Notes: a model not told the origin generated them from the letters alone. Positions 8,566-18,412 are shown, numbered from the stretch's first letter. The stretch is DNA of 31,281 nucleotides from an uncultured archaeon (GCA_964458565.1 CAYWJO010000042.1:1-31281), one strand, 5' to 3'. Numbers and translations are program-made.

Positions 8566-8883
8566 TTAGAATTTCACCTCAAAGATTTTTACCTCATAGC
8601 CACCAGTGATTATGTAATGTTCTTCATCAGCTTCAAGAATGACGAAATCTCCAGGTTCAAGTGATATGAGTTCTTTTGTGTTCGTTATCTGAGCCTTACC
8701 TTCAATGAGATAAATTATCTGTCTTTCTGGATGTTCATGAATTCTAGCTGGAACATCACTATAAGGAGCTACTATTCTGATTCCAGCGGTAATAAATTCG
8801 TCAATAATATTGTATAAATCGACGAAACCTTTTGATCCCTCGACTCTCTTTTGTTCTAATGATGTTTCATGTACTCGCTTCAT
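8566..8883 (-). CDS. Cupin-domain protein
   Basis: HEHPERQIIYLIEG...L.PGDFVIL.A.EEH cupin metal-binding motifs. Confidence 0.8.
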   Translation of the reverse strand: MKRVHETSLEQKRVEGSKGFVDLYNIIDEFITAGIRIVAPYSDVPARIHEHPERQIIYLIEGKAQITNTKELISLEPGDFVILEADEEHYIITGGYEVKIFEVKF

Positions 8884-8939
8884 TATGGTTTTACTAATGA
8901 TGATAGTCCTTAAGAGCCCTATGGATAAGCCCTAGTCCA

Positions 8940-10154
8940 ATGAAAACTCAATTAGAAGTCAAAGGAAAGCATATTGGAGTTGTAGGTTTCAATGCACGTC
9001 CCATTGCTTGCTCACTGAAGAGAATTGGCGCAATGGCATATGTTTCGGATTATTGGGGTGATGACGATCTTGCAGATTGCAGTGAGGAATGGGTGGCTGT
9101 CCTAACTCCCGAGCCAAACACGCGTCAACGTGGTTCTTTCGAGGTTCCTGTTTATGAGAGTCTATCCAAGAACATGCTCGAAGTCTTTGCTCATCGTGAT
9201 TTGGATTCTGTTTTGATAGGTAGTGGTTTTGATGACCATGCTGATTTCTTGGCACCAATTGCAAACAAATGGAGGCTTGCAGGAAATAGTGTTGAATTGA
9301 TAAAAAAGTGCAGGAAGTCACAGAACATATCCGAAATCTGTAGTCTTTATGATATTCGCACTCTCAATTCATATGACGTAGATACTCTGGACGAAGGTAT
9401 GGAATCGGGAAGTAGTCTAGGATATCCATTAGTGGCGCGACGAACTATATCAGGTGGTGGTTCTGGAATTCATTTAATCCGTGACAAAGCGGAATTGGAA
9501 CAACTATTGACCTTGAAATTTGAGAAAGACCAAGTCGTGAGATTACAAGAGTATGTTCGAGGAAGAGATGTGAGTTGCAGTGTCTTGTCCACAGGTAATG
9601 CTGCTGAGACCCTGTCTATCCAGGGACAATTAGTAGGGCTACCATCTGCTGGACGATTGTCTGATTTTGTCTATTGTGGAAATTACATTCCTTTGTCTGT
9701 GACGAAATCCATTCAAAACCAGATTTCTAGATTTTCTGAAGCTGCATGTGCTGAACTCGGATTATTGGGTTCAAATGGCTTGGATTTTGTTATCGCAAAA
9801 GACGATGCAATTTATTTCATGGAAATTAATCCTAGAATGCAAGGAACTTTGGAGATGCTAGAGAAAGCTGGAAATTTATCTGTTTTAGAATATCATTATG
9901 ATGCAATTAATGGAATACTACCTGAAAAACATCATGTATTCAAGCCAACAGTGAAGATGATTGTCTATGCATTAAAGACTGGACTTGTACCAGATTTGTC
10001 CCAATTTCCAAATACAGTTGATAGAACTCCTAAGGGGGTCCAAGTATTTAGAGGTGATCCCATCTGTACAATTCTTGAAAGTAATTCATCGCTGAAGGAG
10101 TGCTATAGGCGAATAACTCAAACAGCTACGCAGATTCAATTGCTAATTCGATGA
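8940..10154 (+). CDS. ATP-grasp domain protein (putative carboxylate-amine ligase)
   Basis: GYPLV...GGGSGI, LQEYVRG, Y.GNY.P, GLLGSNGLDF and FMEINPRMQG; N-terminal R..A.S.K..G....V.DYWGD.DL. Confidence 0.85.
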   Translation: MKTQLEVKGKHIGVVGFNARPIACSLKRIGAMAYVSDYWGDDDLADCSEEWVAVLTPEPNTRQRGSFEVPVYESLSKNMLEVFAHRDLDSVLIGSGFDDHADFLAPIANKWRLAGNSVELIKKCRKSQNISEICSLYDIRTLNSYDVDTLDEGMESGSSLGYPLVARRTISGGGSGIHLIRDKAELEQLLTLKFEKDQVVRLQEYVRGRDVSCSVLSTGNAAETLSIQGQLVGLPSAGRLSDFVYCGNYIPLSVTKSIQNQISRFSEAACAELGLLGSNGLDFVIAKDDAIYFMEINPRMQGTLEMLEKAGNLSVLEYHYDAINGILPEKHHVFKPTVKMIVYALKTGLVPDLSQFPNTVDRTPKGVQVFRGDPICTILESNSSLKECYRRITQTATQIQLLIR

Positions 10155-10841
10155 TTAATGCGGACCTATCGATTCTCTATCTTTGAATGCTTTTCCGAGT
10201 TTCTTCTTTTCACCAGTTACGATATAGATTCCTCGTTCTGCCATTTGAAAAGCATGATCTGCTGCTCGCTCGTAGTAGCGTCCAACAATAACGTAATACA
10301 TAGCCATTCTCTCAATGCCATCTTGTTTTCGAAGATAGTCCGCAATCTCAATGAACATATCTTCAGTCTCTCGATCGCTTTCCGCTTCCAGTTCTTCAAG
10401 TTCATCAATTCTATCAAGTTTTCCTTTTAGAATCGCTTCTTTTGCTATGTCTAGACACTGCTTTGCCAATTCAGCAAGATGTGGAAGAGATTGTAATTCT
10501 TTGAAGTGTTCAAGTCCTTGACATAGAGTCGTGATGTGTGCTACTTTGAATGCATATCTACCAATTCTGTAGAGATGATGCGCAACATGAAGATATGATG
10601 CAAGTTTTCTAAGGTCTCTAGCAACTGGTTGTCTTCTCGCAATAGTTTCAAAGACGTTCTCTTCGATTTTGCTTGACCTTTCATCGATATCATAGGACAT
10701 TTCCTTCACTTTTTCTGCAAGTTCAAAATTGAGATCTTTGAAGGCATCCATTGCTAGCATTAGCGCAGTTCCAACAAAATCATATAGACTATCAATTCTT
10801 TCTGCGATATCAGCCATATAGAGTTCAAGTTGTTTTCCCAT
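10155..10841 (-). CDS. phoU: Phosphate uptake regulator PhoU
   Basis: ARRQPVARDLR, two helical repeats and ERAADHA; last gene of the pst operon, with a 1-nt stop/start overlap with pstB. Confidence 0.9.
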   Translation of the reverse strand: MGKQLELYMADIAERIDSLYDFVGTALMLAMDAFKDLNFELAEKVKEMSYDIDERSSKIEENVFETIARRQPVARDLRKLASYLHVAHHLYRIGRYAFKVAHITTLCQGLEHFKELQSLPHLAELAKQCLDIAKEAILKGKLDRIDELEELEAESDRETEDMFIEIADYLRKQDGIERMAMYYVIVGRYYERAADHAFQMAERGIYIVTGEKKKLGKAFKDRESIGPH

Positions 10842-11602
10842 TAACCAATCCTCCCTGTGATAAACGCTTCAGTTCTTTCATCAGTTGGGGCTTCAGCGAT
10901 ACGTTTTGTTTCATCAAATTCAACCAGTTCTCCAAGATACAGAAATGCTGCCTGATCTGATACTCTGAACGCTTGTTGAACATTATGCGTCACCATAATG
11001 ATTGTATAATCCTTTTTTAATTCAATTAACAGATCCTCGATTTTACTTGCACTGATAGGATCTAGTGCAGATACAGGTTCGTCAGCCAAAAGCACTGGTG
11101 GGTTTACCGTAAGCGCTCTCGCGATACATAATCTCTGTTGCTGTCCACCAGATAGATTTGTTGCAGGTTTATCCAGTTCATCTTTCACCTCATCCCACAA
11201 AGCCGCCTTCTTGAGTGAATTCTCTACAATCTTCTCCAGTTTTCCTTCATCCTTAACTCCATGCAGTTTTGGTCCGTAGGTCATGTTATCAGTAATGCTC
11301 ATAGGAAATGGATTTGGTCTTTGGAAAACCATACCAATCCTTTTTCTTAAATTGTATACACTCATATTCGGACTATAGATATCTAAACCTTCAAATCTGA
11401 CTATCCCCTCTCTTCGGAAACTCGGTATCAAATCATTCAGTCTGTTGAGTGTTCTTAGAAGTGTGGATTTACCGCAGCCACTCGGACCCATGATCGCTGT
11501 AATGCTGTTATCTGCGAAGTAGCACGTAATATCCTTGAGGATCTTTTTTGTGCCGAACCATGTACTTAGATTCTCAACTTCAATATGGTGTTTATACTCC
11601 AT
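10841..11602 (-). CDS. pstB: Phosphate ABC transporter ATP-binding protein
   Basis: GPSGCGKST, GMVFQRPNPFPMSI, LSGGQQQRLCIARAL, DEP.SALDPIS and ITGRIG. Confidence 0.97.
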   Translation of the reverse strand: MEYKHHIEVENLSTWFGTKKILKDITCYFADNSITAIMGPSGCGKSTLLRTLNRLNDLIPSFRREGIVRFEGLDIYSPNMSVYNLRKRIGMVFQRPNPFPMSITDNMTYGPKLHGVKDEGKLEKIVENSLKKAALWDEVKDELDKPATNLSGGQQQRLCIARALTVNPPVLLADEPVSALDPISASKIEDLLIELKKDYTIIMVTHNVQQAFRVSDQAAFLYLGELVEFDETKRIAEAPTDERTEAFITGRIG

Positions 11603-12547
11603 CTAAACAAGTCTCCTAGTTACTTTTCGTGAGATGAGATTAGCTATAACATCAATAGTAAGAACCATTATCATGAGAGTCAGAGCTGTTCCATGCGCTT
11701 TTGCCTGTAAATATTCTCTTGGATCTGTTATGTATGCCCATATTGTGTATGGCATGGATGCAACCCATGAGGCAGATCCTGTAACACTGGTAGGAACAAT
11801 GAGATTGTTTCCCGCGGTGAAAATGAGGGGAGCTGTTTCACCCATAATTCTTCCAATTGCTAACAAGACTCCCGTAATAACACCTGGGAATGCAGACCTG
11901 ATAGTGACCTTCCAGGTAGTAGACCACTTGGAAGCACCAAGTGCGAGAGAAGCTTCTCTCAGAGACATGGGAACTGCTCGAAGAGCTTCTTGTGTGGTTC
12001 GAAGAACAGTCGGTATCATCATGAATGCAAGTGTTAGACTTCCAGACAATATTCCCATCCCCCAATGCAGAAAATCTACAAGAAATACGAATCCAAATGC
12101 ACCGAAAACAATGGAAGGTATACCGGCCATCACATCTGATGCAAACTCTATCGCACTTTGCATCTTTCCAGGACGTGTATATTCATTGATATATACGGCT
12201 CCAAACACACTAATTGGAATACCAACCATCCCTGCTAAAACAACAAGCTCCACCGTACCTACCAAGGCATTTCGTATTCCCCCCTCTAAACCGATACCTG
12301 GAAAGCTCCAGAGGAAATCTAATCCTTGCCCTGGTTCAGAACCAAACACCTCCCAAAATCCAATCGAAGCAACTTGAATCAGGATGAGAAAGAAAGGGGA
12401 GATTATTAGAAGCATTATGATGCCAAGGATTATTTTGAAAAGAAAATCTGAGAACTCACGTCTTGAGTTGAACTTTTGTTTGATATTTTCCTTAATGTTA
12501 CTGGGGAGTGTTCGAAGCATTGTAGGTATATCGCTTTCCGAATTCAA
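11603..12547 (-). CDS. pstA: Phosphate ABC transporter permease PstA
   Basis: GIPSIVFG, EALRAVP.SLREASLALGASKW and GETAPLIFT. Confidence 0.95.
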   Translation of the reverse strand: MNSESDIPTMLRTLPSNIKENIKQKFNSRREFSDFLFKIILGIIMLLIISPFFLILIQVASIGFWEVFGSEPGQGLDFLWSFPGIGLEGGIRNALVGTVELVVLAGMVGIPISVFGAVYINEYTRPGKMQSAIEFASDVMAGIPSIVFGAFGFVFLVDFLHWGMGILSGSLTLAFMMIPTVLRTTQEALRAVPMSLREASLALGASKWSTTWKVTIRSAFPGVITGVLLAIGRIMGETAPLIFTAGNNLIVPTSVTGSASWVASMPYTIWAYITDPREYLQAKAHGTALTLMIMVLTIDVIANLISRKVTRRLV

Positions 12548-12558
12548 TCATATCCCCT

Positions 12559-13557
12559 CTATACAATCCCTCGTGTTTTCATCCCCCACTTAACAAAAAA
12601 CTTGGCTACTGCTGTAAATGTAATGGACATAATAAGCAGCATTAAAGCGACGGTAAATAGAGCAGATCTCCAAAGAGGAAATACGAATGCATATCCTAGT
12701 TGGTTTGTGAGTATACTTGTCATGACATATGTCGGATCAAAAATTGTGTAGGGGATTTGTAGTGAGTTACCTGTGACCATAAGAATGGCCATTGTTTCAC
12801 CGACAGCTCTTCCTAATGAAAGGATTATAGCAGTTCCAATTCCAGGTATTGCAGCAGATAAAACAACACGGCGAGCTGTTTCGCTCTGTGTTGCACCCAA
12901 TGCAAAAGATGCTTCGCGAAGTGATCTTGGAACGGTATTCAGGGCATCATTTGATATTGCTACAACTGTTGGCAGAAGCATAATAGCTAGAATCACTCCT
13001 CCAGCAAATAGACTAAGTCCATTGGATTGAACTCCCAAAGATGGTGTTAAGACATTTCCAATCCATGGTACAAGAACAACGTAAGCCCAGAGTCCATATA
13101 CAATTGAGGGTATTGCAGCCATCATCTCGATTATCATTCTTATCGGACGACGAAGTCGCATCGGGCAAAATTCACTTAGGAAAATGGCACCTCCAACACC
13201 TAATGGTACAGCAAGACTAATTGCTATTGCAGTGCACATCAGTGATCCCACAATAAAAATACTAATTCCATAAAAATCCCTACTTGGATCCCAGGTTGGA
13301 CTTACAATAATTCCTGGCCCTCCACTAGGATCAGTCAATATCGGGACAGATTCAAACCACAGAAAAGCAAAGATTAGAATAATAATCAACACACTTGCTA
13401 GTGCAGGGATTAATAATCCGATTTTACCTAATGTGTCAATCTTGCCCGGTCTATCTGCCTTTCTGAATCCTTGTATAGGGTCAATAAACCGGTGTTGTAA
13501 TCTAGTCAAGACTTGAAGCAATTGAGTTCTTGATTCTTCGTTTTCATCCTCATTCAC
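12559..13557 (-). CDS. pstC: Phosphate ABC transporter permease PstC
   Basis: AIPSIVYGLW, VPRSLREASFALGAT and GRAVGETMA; GTG start with an RBS. Confidence 0.95.
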   Translation of the reverse strand: MNEDENEESRTQLLQVLTRLQHRFIDPIQGFRKADRPGKIDTLGKIGLLIPALASVLIIILIFAFLWFESVPILTDPSGGPGIIVSPTWDPSRDFYGISIFIVGSLMCTAIAISLAVPLGVGGAIFLSEFCPMRLRRPIRMIIEMMAAIPSIVYGLWAYVVLVPWIGNVLTPSLGVQSNGLSLFAGGVILAIMLLPTVVAISNDALNTVPRSLREASFALGATQSETARRVVLSAAIPGIGTAIILSLGRAVGETMAILMVTGNSLQIPYTIFDPTYVMTSILTNQLGYAFVFPLWRSALFTVALMLLIMSITFTAVAKFFVKWGMKTRGIV

Positions 13558-13563
13558 CGGTTT

Positions 13564-13571
13564 TCACCTCC
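13564..13571 (-). promoter_or_regulatory. Shine-Dalgarno GGAGGTGA for pstC
   Basis: Archaeal-type SD 6 nt upstream of GTG 13557. Confidence 0.75.
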
Positions 13572-13575
13572 ATTG

Positions 13576-14634
13576 TTATCCTGTAGGATCAAGGCTCGCA
13601 AGGATTCTAAGTGTATAGTGTTGAGCAGCAGTACCATTTATTGGAACGTAACCTACAGTTCCAACATACTTTTGTCCTTGAATCATACACCAGGTGATGA
13701 AAGTTAGCGGGGCCCACTCTAGATAATCAGTATTTACTAAATAGAATAGCAATCGCGCAACAGGGTATGCACCTGTTATTTTCGAGTTCATGAGATTCTG
13801 ACCAGGTGATGTGATATTTTCAGGGATTGCTTTTACTGCATTTACTATCGATGGCGAAATCCATTCATTATTGCCTGGATTGTAAAGGACCACTTTCGTT
13901 AGATCCTCCATAAAGGCAAGACCAACATATCCAATTCCGAATTGATTACTCTCTACTCCTGCTGATACGCCCTGATTACCGTCTACTGCATTTATGCCTG
14001 GAGGAAATGATATTGCTTCTTCGTGTCCGAATTTCCATTCAAAATTGGCATCATTCTCATTATCCGTTTCATCAGCGGTCTCCAACCATTTTGCAAAAGT
14101 TGCTGTTGTTCCACTTGCATCTGATCTAGCAAATGCACTAATTGGACCTGTTGCTGAAACTGATACATTGAATGTGATAGAGAATTCTTGCCAAGTGGTG
14201 ATATTTCTCTGAAAAACAGCTACAACCATATCACAATCCATCTTGAATACTGAGCCATTAACACCTTCATTTACTACAATAGCGATGGCATCAGCTGAGA
14301 TTGGAAGGATTTCAACAGACGGATTTTCAATGATGTATTCCTCTTTGGGATATGAACTTGATGCTCCAATGTCGATGAGACCTTGGGCAATCATTGATTG
14401 TCCAAAACCACTCCCTCCTGTGCCTGGATTAACAACTAATCCTGGAAACTGTTGATGAAACCACGTCGCCCAATCTTGTGAAAGAGGATAGACTGTGGTT
14501 GAACCTGCGGTAGTGATCGTACCCGTCAAACCTTCTCCTGCAGGAGGACTTATGAATATCAATCCCCCTGCTCCCAAAAGAATCCCAATTATGATGCCTA
14601 GAATCAGACCTGTCTTTTGCTTTCGGAGATTCAT
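13576..14634 (-). CDS. pstS: Phosphate ABC transporter substrate-binding protein with N-terminal membrane anchor
   Basis: GSTTVYP, GGSG.G, RSDASGTT and YP..R.L..L; basic then hydrophobic N-terminus. Confidence 0.93.
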   Translation of the reverse strand: MNLRKQKTGLILGIIIGILLGAGGLIFISPPAGEGLTGTITTAGSTTVYPLSQDWATWFHQQFPGLVVNPGTGGSGFGQSMIAQGLIDIGASSSYPKEEYIIENPSVEILPISADAIAIVVNEGVNGSVFKMDCDMVVAVFQRNITTWQEFSITFNVSVSATGPISAFARSDASGTTATFAKWLETADETDNENDANFEWKFGHEEAISFPPGINAVDGNQGVSAGVESNQFGIGYVGLAFMEDLTKVVLYNPGNNEWISPSIVNAVKAIPENITSPGQNLMNSKITGAYPVARLLFYLVNTDYLEWAPLTFITWCMIQGQKYVGTVGYVPINGTAAQHYTLRILASLDPTG

Positions 14635-14826
14635 TGTTGTATCCTCTTTATCATTAAATTCACCATGAGAATCAATGAAAAAATGTATCGGAAATTCATT
14701 TCACTGGTTATCTAGACAATTTGCTAAATTATTATAGAGTTGTAGGACCTAATCTACTAACTATAATCACTTCTACTTGTGTTTTTTTAATCGCATTGGA
14801 GCCTATTGCATGGCTAGCAATGAGTT

Positions 14827-14847
14827 TTGATAATAGAACCTTATCAA
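14827..14847. promoter_or_regulatory. Inverted repeat TTGATAA-N7-TTATCAA, candidate transcription-factor site
   Basis: Perfect 7-bp arms in the divergent pstS / Na-Pi promoter region, about 30 nt upstream of a TATA-like TTATAT (14877-14882). Confidence 0.35.
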
Positions 14848-14917
14848 CCAACGTGGCAAAAAAGAAATTCAAAGGCTTATATGGGGGTGTTCTAGGTTGT
14901 AGCACCCAGATGTATTC

Positions 14918-16546
14918 ATGCAGTCCTTAGATACTCATCTGATTGAGATTATCTTCAAGCTAATTGGCGGATTAGCACTCTTTATGTTTGCCATAACAAT
15001 GTTGAGAGAAACTCTTGGGAAGTTATCTGGTGCCCGTGTTGTTAGAATATTGGAGAAGGTAAGCAACAATCCTGTCAAGGGAATGGCTGCTGGAACTGCT
15101 ACGACATTCATGACCCAAAGTTCAAGCATAACGGTTCTAACATTGATTGGTTTTGTAAATGCGGGAATGATGACTTTTCGACAATCTGTCAATATTATGC
15201 TTGGATCTGAGATTGGAACAACAATAACTGCTCAGCTCGTAGCATTTGATGTTGGGTTTCTATTCTGGCCGTTGATCGCAATTGGATTCTTCATGAAAAT
15301 GTTTTCTAAGAATGAGAAGATCGAGCTTTTCGGTACTGTGATTTTTAGTCTTGGTCTCATATTTGTGTCAATGGAATTCATGAAGGATGGAGCCCGTCCA
15401 CTAACAATCGATTATCCTTGGTTTCGGGACATGATTAACGATTATGGAGGAATTCCCCTCATTGGTATTTTGATAGGTGCTATCATTGCAGGAATTACAC
15501 AGAGTAGCTCTGCAACCACAGGTCTTGTAATTGCGATGGGTGCAGTTGATGCTATTACTCTGGGTCCTGCAATTGCTCTTGTTATGGGTGCAAATATTGG
15601 GACTTGTTTTCTTGAGCTCTTTGCTGGAATAGGTGCGACTACACCTGCCAAGAGAACCGCTGTAGCTCAAACTGTCATCAATATTGTTGGCGTAGCTATT
15701 TTTCTTCCATTTCTCGGGCCATTTACAACTCTGGTTCAAGGAACTGCTGCACCCGAAGACCTTCCTCGTCAGATTGCAAATGCTCACACTATCTTTAATA
15801 TCATTGTGAGTCTTATCTTCATTCCATTAGTTGGTCTTACTGTGAGATTCTGTGAACGCCTAATACCAGATAAAGAAGGAGAAGTTATAGGACGATACCA
15901 TTTTGATAATCAAATGCTTCACATGCCTCAAGCTGCGCTTTATGAAGCCGAGAAGGAAATTATCCGTACGGCAAAATTGACGTTGGAGATGGTGCAGATT
16001 AGTAGAATTGCTCTACTAGAAGACGGAATTGAAAACGGAAACCGAGTAATCTCTCTGGAAGACGAGGTCGATGATCGTTGTCGAACAACTGAAACTTTCA
16101 TAGATAAGATTCATGAAGATGAACTGAGTGATGCTGATGTCATTTGGCGAATGAAATTACTTGCAATACTTACAGATGTTGAACGCGTAGGTGACCTATC
16201 TACCAATATCGGGGAATTTGCAGTTCAGAAAATCAACGAGAACATTACTTTTAGCGAGGAAGCCATTGAGGAATTATATGAGATGTTCGAAAGTGTTGAG
16301 AAAACATATGCTACTGCCATTAAAGCACTTCGCACACGTAATATGGACATTGCTAAAGAAGCAATAGAACTTGAGGATGCAGTGGATCATCTTGAAAGAC
16401 GAATTAAAGAATCTCATACCAAGCGTCTGAAGAAAGGTCTCTGTATGGCAGAATCGGATCCTATTTTCATTGAAATACTAAGGAATCTTGAGCGTATCAG
16501 TGATCATGCTGACAATATTGCCCTTGATGTGATTATGAAATATTGA
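14918..16546 (+). CDS. Na+/Pi cotransporter family protein with C-terminal PhoU domains
   Basis: Two QSSS repeats (QSSSIT..GSEIGTT; QSSSAT..GANIGT), RQIANAHTIFN, then PhoU-type DVERVGD and NLERISDHA. Confidence 0.95.
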   Translation: MQSLDTHLIEIIFKLIGGLALFMFAITMLRETLGKLSGARVVRILEKVSNNPVKGMAAGTATTFMTQSSSITVLTLIGFVNAGMMTFRQSVNIMLGSEIGTTITAQLVAFDVGFLFWPLIAIGFFMKMFSKNEKIELFGTVIFSLGLIFVSMEFMKDGARPLTIDYPWFRDMINDYGGIPLIGILIGAIIAGITQSSSATTGLVIAMGAVDAITLGPAIALVMGANIGTCFLELFAGIGATTPAKRTAVAQTVINIVGVAIFLPFLGPFTTLVQGTAAPEDLPRQIANAHTIFNIIVSLIFIPLVGLTVRFCERLIPDKEGEVIGRYHFDNQMLHMPQAALYEAEKEIIRTAKLTLEMVQISRIALLEDGIENGNRVISLEDEVDDRCRTTETFIDKIHEDELSDADVIWRMKLLAILTDVERVGDLSTNIGEFAVQKINENITFSEEAIEELYEMFESVEKTYATAIKALRTRNMDIAKEAIELEDAVDHLERRIKESHTKRLKKGLCMAESDPIFIEILRNLERISDHADNIALDVIMKY

Positions 16547-16646
16547 ACCCTTCACAAATCTGAACCCTGATATGAATAAATCCAACAAATGTATATGTGT
16601 TCAAGTTACTATAAAAGAAGGTTCGATGGATAAATGGTGATAGATT

Positions 16647-17621
16647 TTGAGAACTTGTCCGAAATGCAATAAATCAAATCGAGATGAGCGAAAATTTTGC
16701 ATTCGATGCGGAGCTTCTTTGCTAAAACCAGCTTCAAAAACCTCAACCAGAACGGCTACACCAAAACCAGCTGAAGTTGACACAGCCCCTGCTGCACCGA
16801 CTTCATCTCCAAAGGCACCTGAACCGACTACTGACGACCAATGGGCAAAACCAAGTGAAGTTCAACGAGATCGTGTCCGCACGGGCGCCACGTCGGGTCG
16901 AAAATCCGAATTGGAGAAAGCACGTGAAGCATTTGCCAAAGCTGAAACTGTAGGTATTGATGAAGAGGGAAGTGGTGTCATTGAAACAAGAATGCTGCGT
17001 GCAAGCGAGGTAAGAGAATTACTTGAAGGTCCTGGTGTTATTGGGGGCGGGGACGATTCTGTACCTGCACCTACAATGATGGAAGGTTCAGAGCCGCTTC
17101 CGGAAGGTGCTGAAGAATTCATGACACCAAAGATGCCTAGCGGTGCAGAAGTTGAATCTCAAATTCTAGGATCGAAATCAGCATATGTTTCATCAGACTC
17201 TACTGAGGAAGCTGTATCCCCCTTTGCTCCCAGCGCAGGTGGGGAATTCAGCTCATCAAGATATGATTCCGTTGAATCTCCTCCAGACATACCGACAGGC
17301 AAACCAAGTCCTACTGCAACACCAGCTGCATCAGTAGATGAGGCTGTCGAGGTACCTCCAAGAACAGACGACATGGAAACAGTGATGGAGTGTCCGAATT
17401 GTGGTAAACTTGTTTCAAAGGACCCCTTTAAGTATCCTAATGAAGTGTACAGTGCTATGGGTGCAGCTCGTCTCAAACAAGCAAGATTTCTTGTAGTTCA
17501 AGGCAAGAATGAGGCAGCTATGAAGGAGCTTAGAGTAGCTCGTGCTCTCTATAATAAGGCTGGAGACACTACTGGTTTGGATGAAACATCCAAACTTGTA
17601 GATTCATTAGCAAGGTCTTAG
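16647..17621 (+). CDS. Zinc-ribbon protein with long P/S/T/E-rich linker and C-terminal helical (TPR-like) segment
   Basis: N-terminal CPKC-x10-CIRC, a low-complexity middle, then CPNCG and an amphipathic helical hairpin; GGTGA RBS before TTG. Confidence 0.8.
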   Translation: MRTCPKCNKSNRDERKFCIRCGASLLKPASKTSTRTATPKPAEVDTAPAAPTSSPKAPEPTTDDQWAKPSEVQRDRVRTGATSGRKSELEKAREAFAKAETVGIDEEGSGVIETRMLRASEVRELLEGPGVIGGGDDSVPAPTMMEGSEPLPEGAEEFMTPKMPSGAEVESQILGSKSAYVSSDSTEEAVSPFAPSAGGEFSSSRYDSVESPPDIPTGKPSPTATPAASVDEAVEVPPRTDDMETVMECPNCGKLVSKDPFKYPNEVYSAMGAARLKQARFLVVQGKNEAAMKELRVARALYNKAGDTTGLDETSKLVDSLARS

Positions 17622-17623
17622 TA

Positions 17624-18412
17624 TCAAGCGCTTAACCATAGGTGAAGAAATTTTTCTTTTTCATTCCTGAAATCTAGAGGATTATTCGACATCATTAGAA
17701 ATCGACCGTCGTATTCTTTTTCTTTGAGTGCTGCGAAAATCTGCGCGAAATCGATTACCCCCTCTCCAATTGGTAAATGAGTATCATATTTCACCGCGAT
17801 GTCTCTCACATCACGTCCTGACACAGACCCTTTGGCTCTAAGTTTCTGAATCTCATCCATCATTTTATCCCCGTGATTATCATGAACGTTAACTATTACT
17901 ATTTTTTCTGGAAATGCTTGAATCAATTCTAGGGCTCTATTTCTAGATGCCATTATCTGTCCATGACCTAAATCAAGTGCGATGTTAACATCACAGTGTT
18001 CAAACAAAACTGCTAATTCTGTGTAGAACATTCCAAGAGTCTCTATTGCCAAAGTCATTCCCCGTTCGGATGCAACGTCACACGCAAGGGGAACGGACTG
18101 GATAAAAGCATCAATTTCATCATCATCATAAAACATTGATGAGAGTGTACTATGGAATGTCACCACTTCTGCATCAAGCTCAGCTCCTATGTCGATATAT
18201 GGCATTATCTCTTTACTAATATCGATGGGTCGCCATTCTGGTGAACTTGGAAGATGTAGAGTGCAAGAAACTCCTGCATCTCTTAGAAGATTTCTGGATT
18301 CATTATATTTGATTGTATGATTGAGATCAAGTCTCAAATCCACGAAATCAGGTTCAAAATATAATACCTCTGCAAGTTGTTCGTGGTGTCGAGCATAAGT
18401 ACCGATTTGCAT
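17624..18412 (-). CDS. Xylose isomerase-like TIM-barrel protein (sugar phosphate isomerase/AP endonuclease 2 family)
   Basis: TLHLP, TFH, LAIET, LDLGH, VHDN and DTHLPIGEG.IDF. Confidence 0.85.
   Translation of the reverse strand: MQIGTYARHHEQLAEVLYFEPDFVDLRLDLNHTIKYNESRNLLRDAGVSCTLHLPSSPEWRPIDISKEIMPYIDIGAELDAEVVTFHSTLSSMFYDDDEIDAFIQSVPLACDVASERGMTLAIETLGMFYTELAVLFEHCDVNIALDLGHGQIMASRNRALELIQAFPEKIVIVNVHDNHGDKMMDEIQKLRAKGSVSGRDVRDIAVKYDTHLPIGEGVIDFAQIFAALKEKEYDGRFLMMSNNPLDFRNEKEKFLHLWLSA

Noticed and set aside
11634-12377. 247-aa ORF on the + strand
   Set aside because: Antisense shadow of pstA with no motifs of its own.
14721-14930. 69-aa ORF in the pstS / Na-Pi intergenic region
   Set aside because: No RBS or recognisable motifs, and it overlaps the putative promoter elements of both flanking genes.
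16544-16568. TGAACCCT direct repeat after the Na/Pi gene
   Set aside because: Only two 8-bp copies, compatible with chance; not a CRISPR or iteron array.
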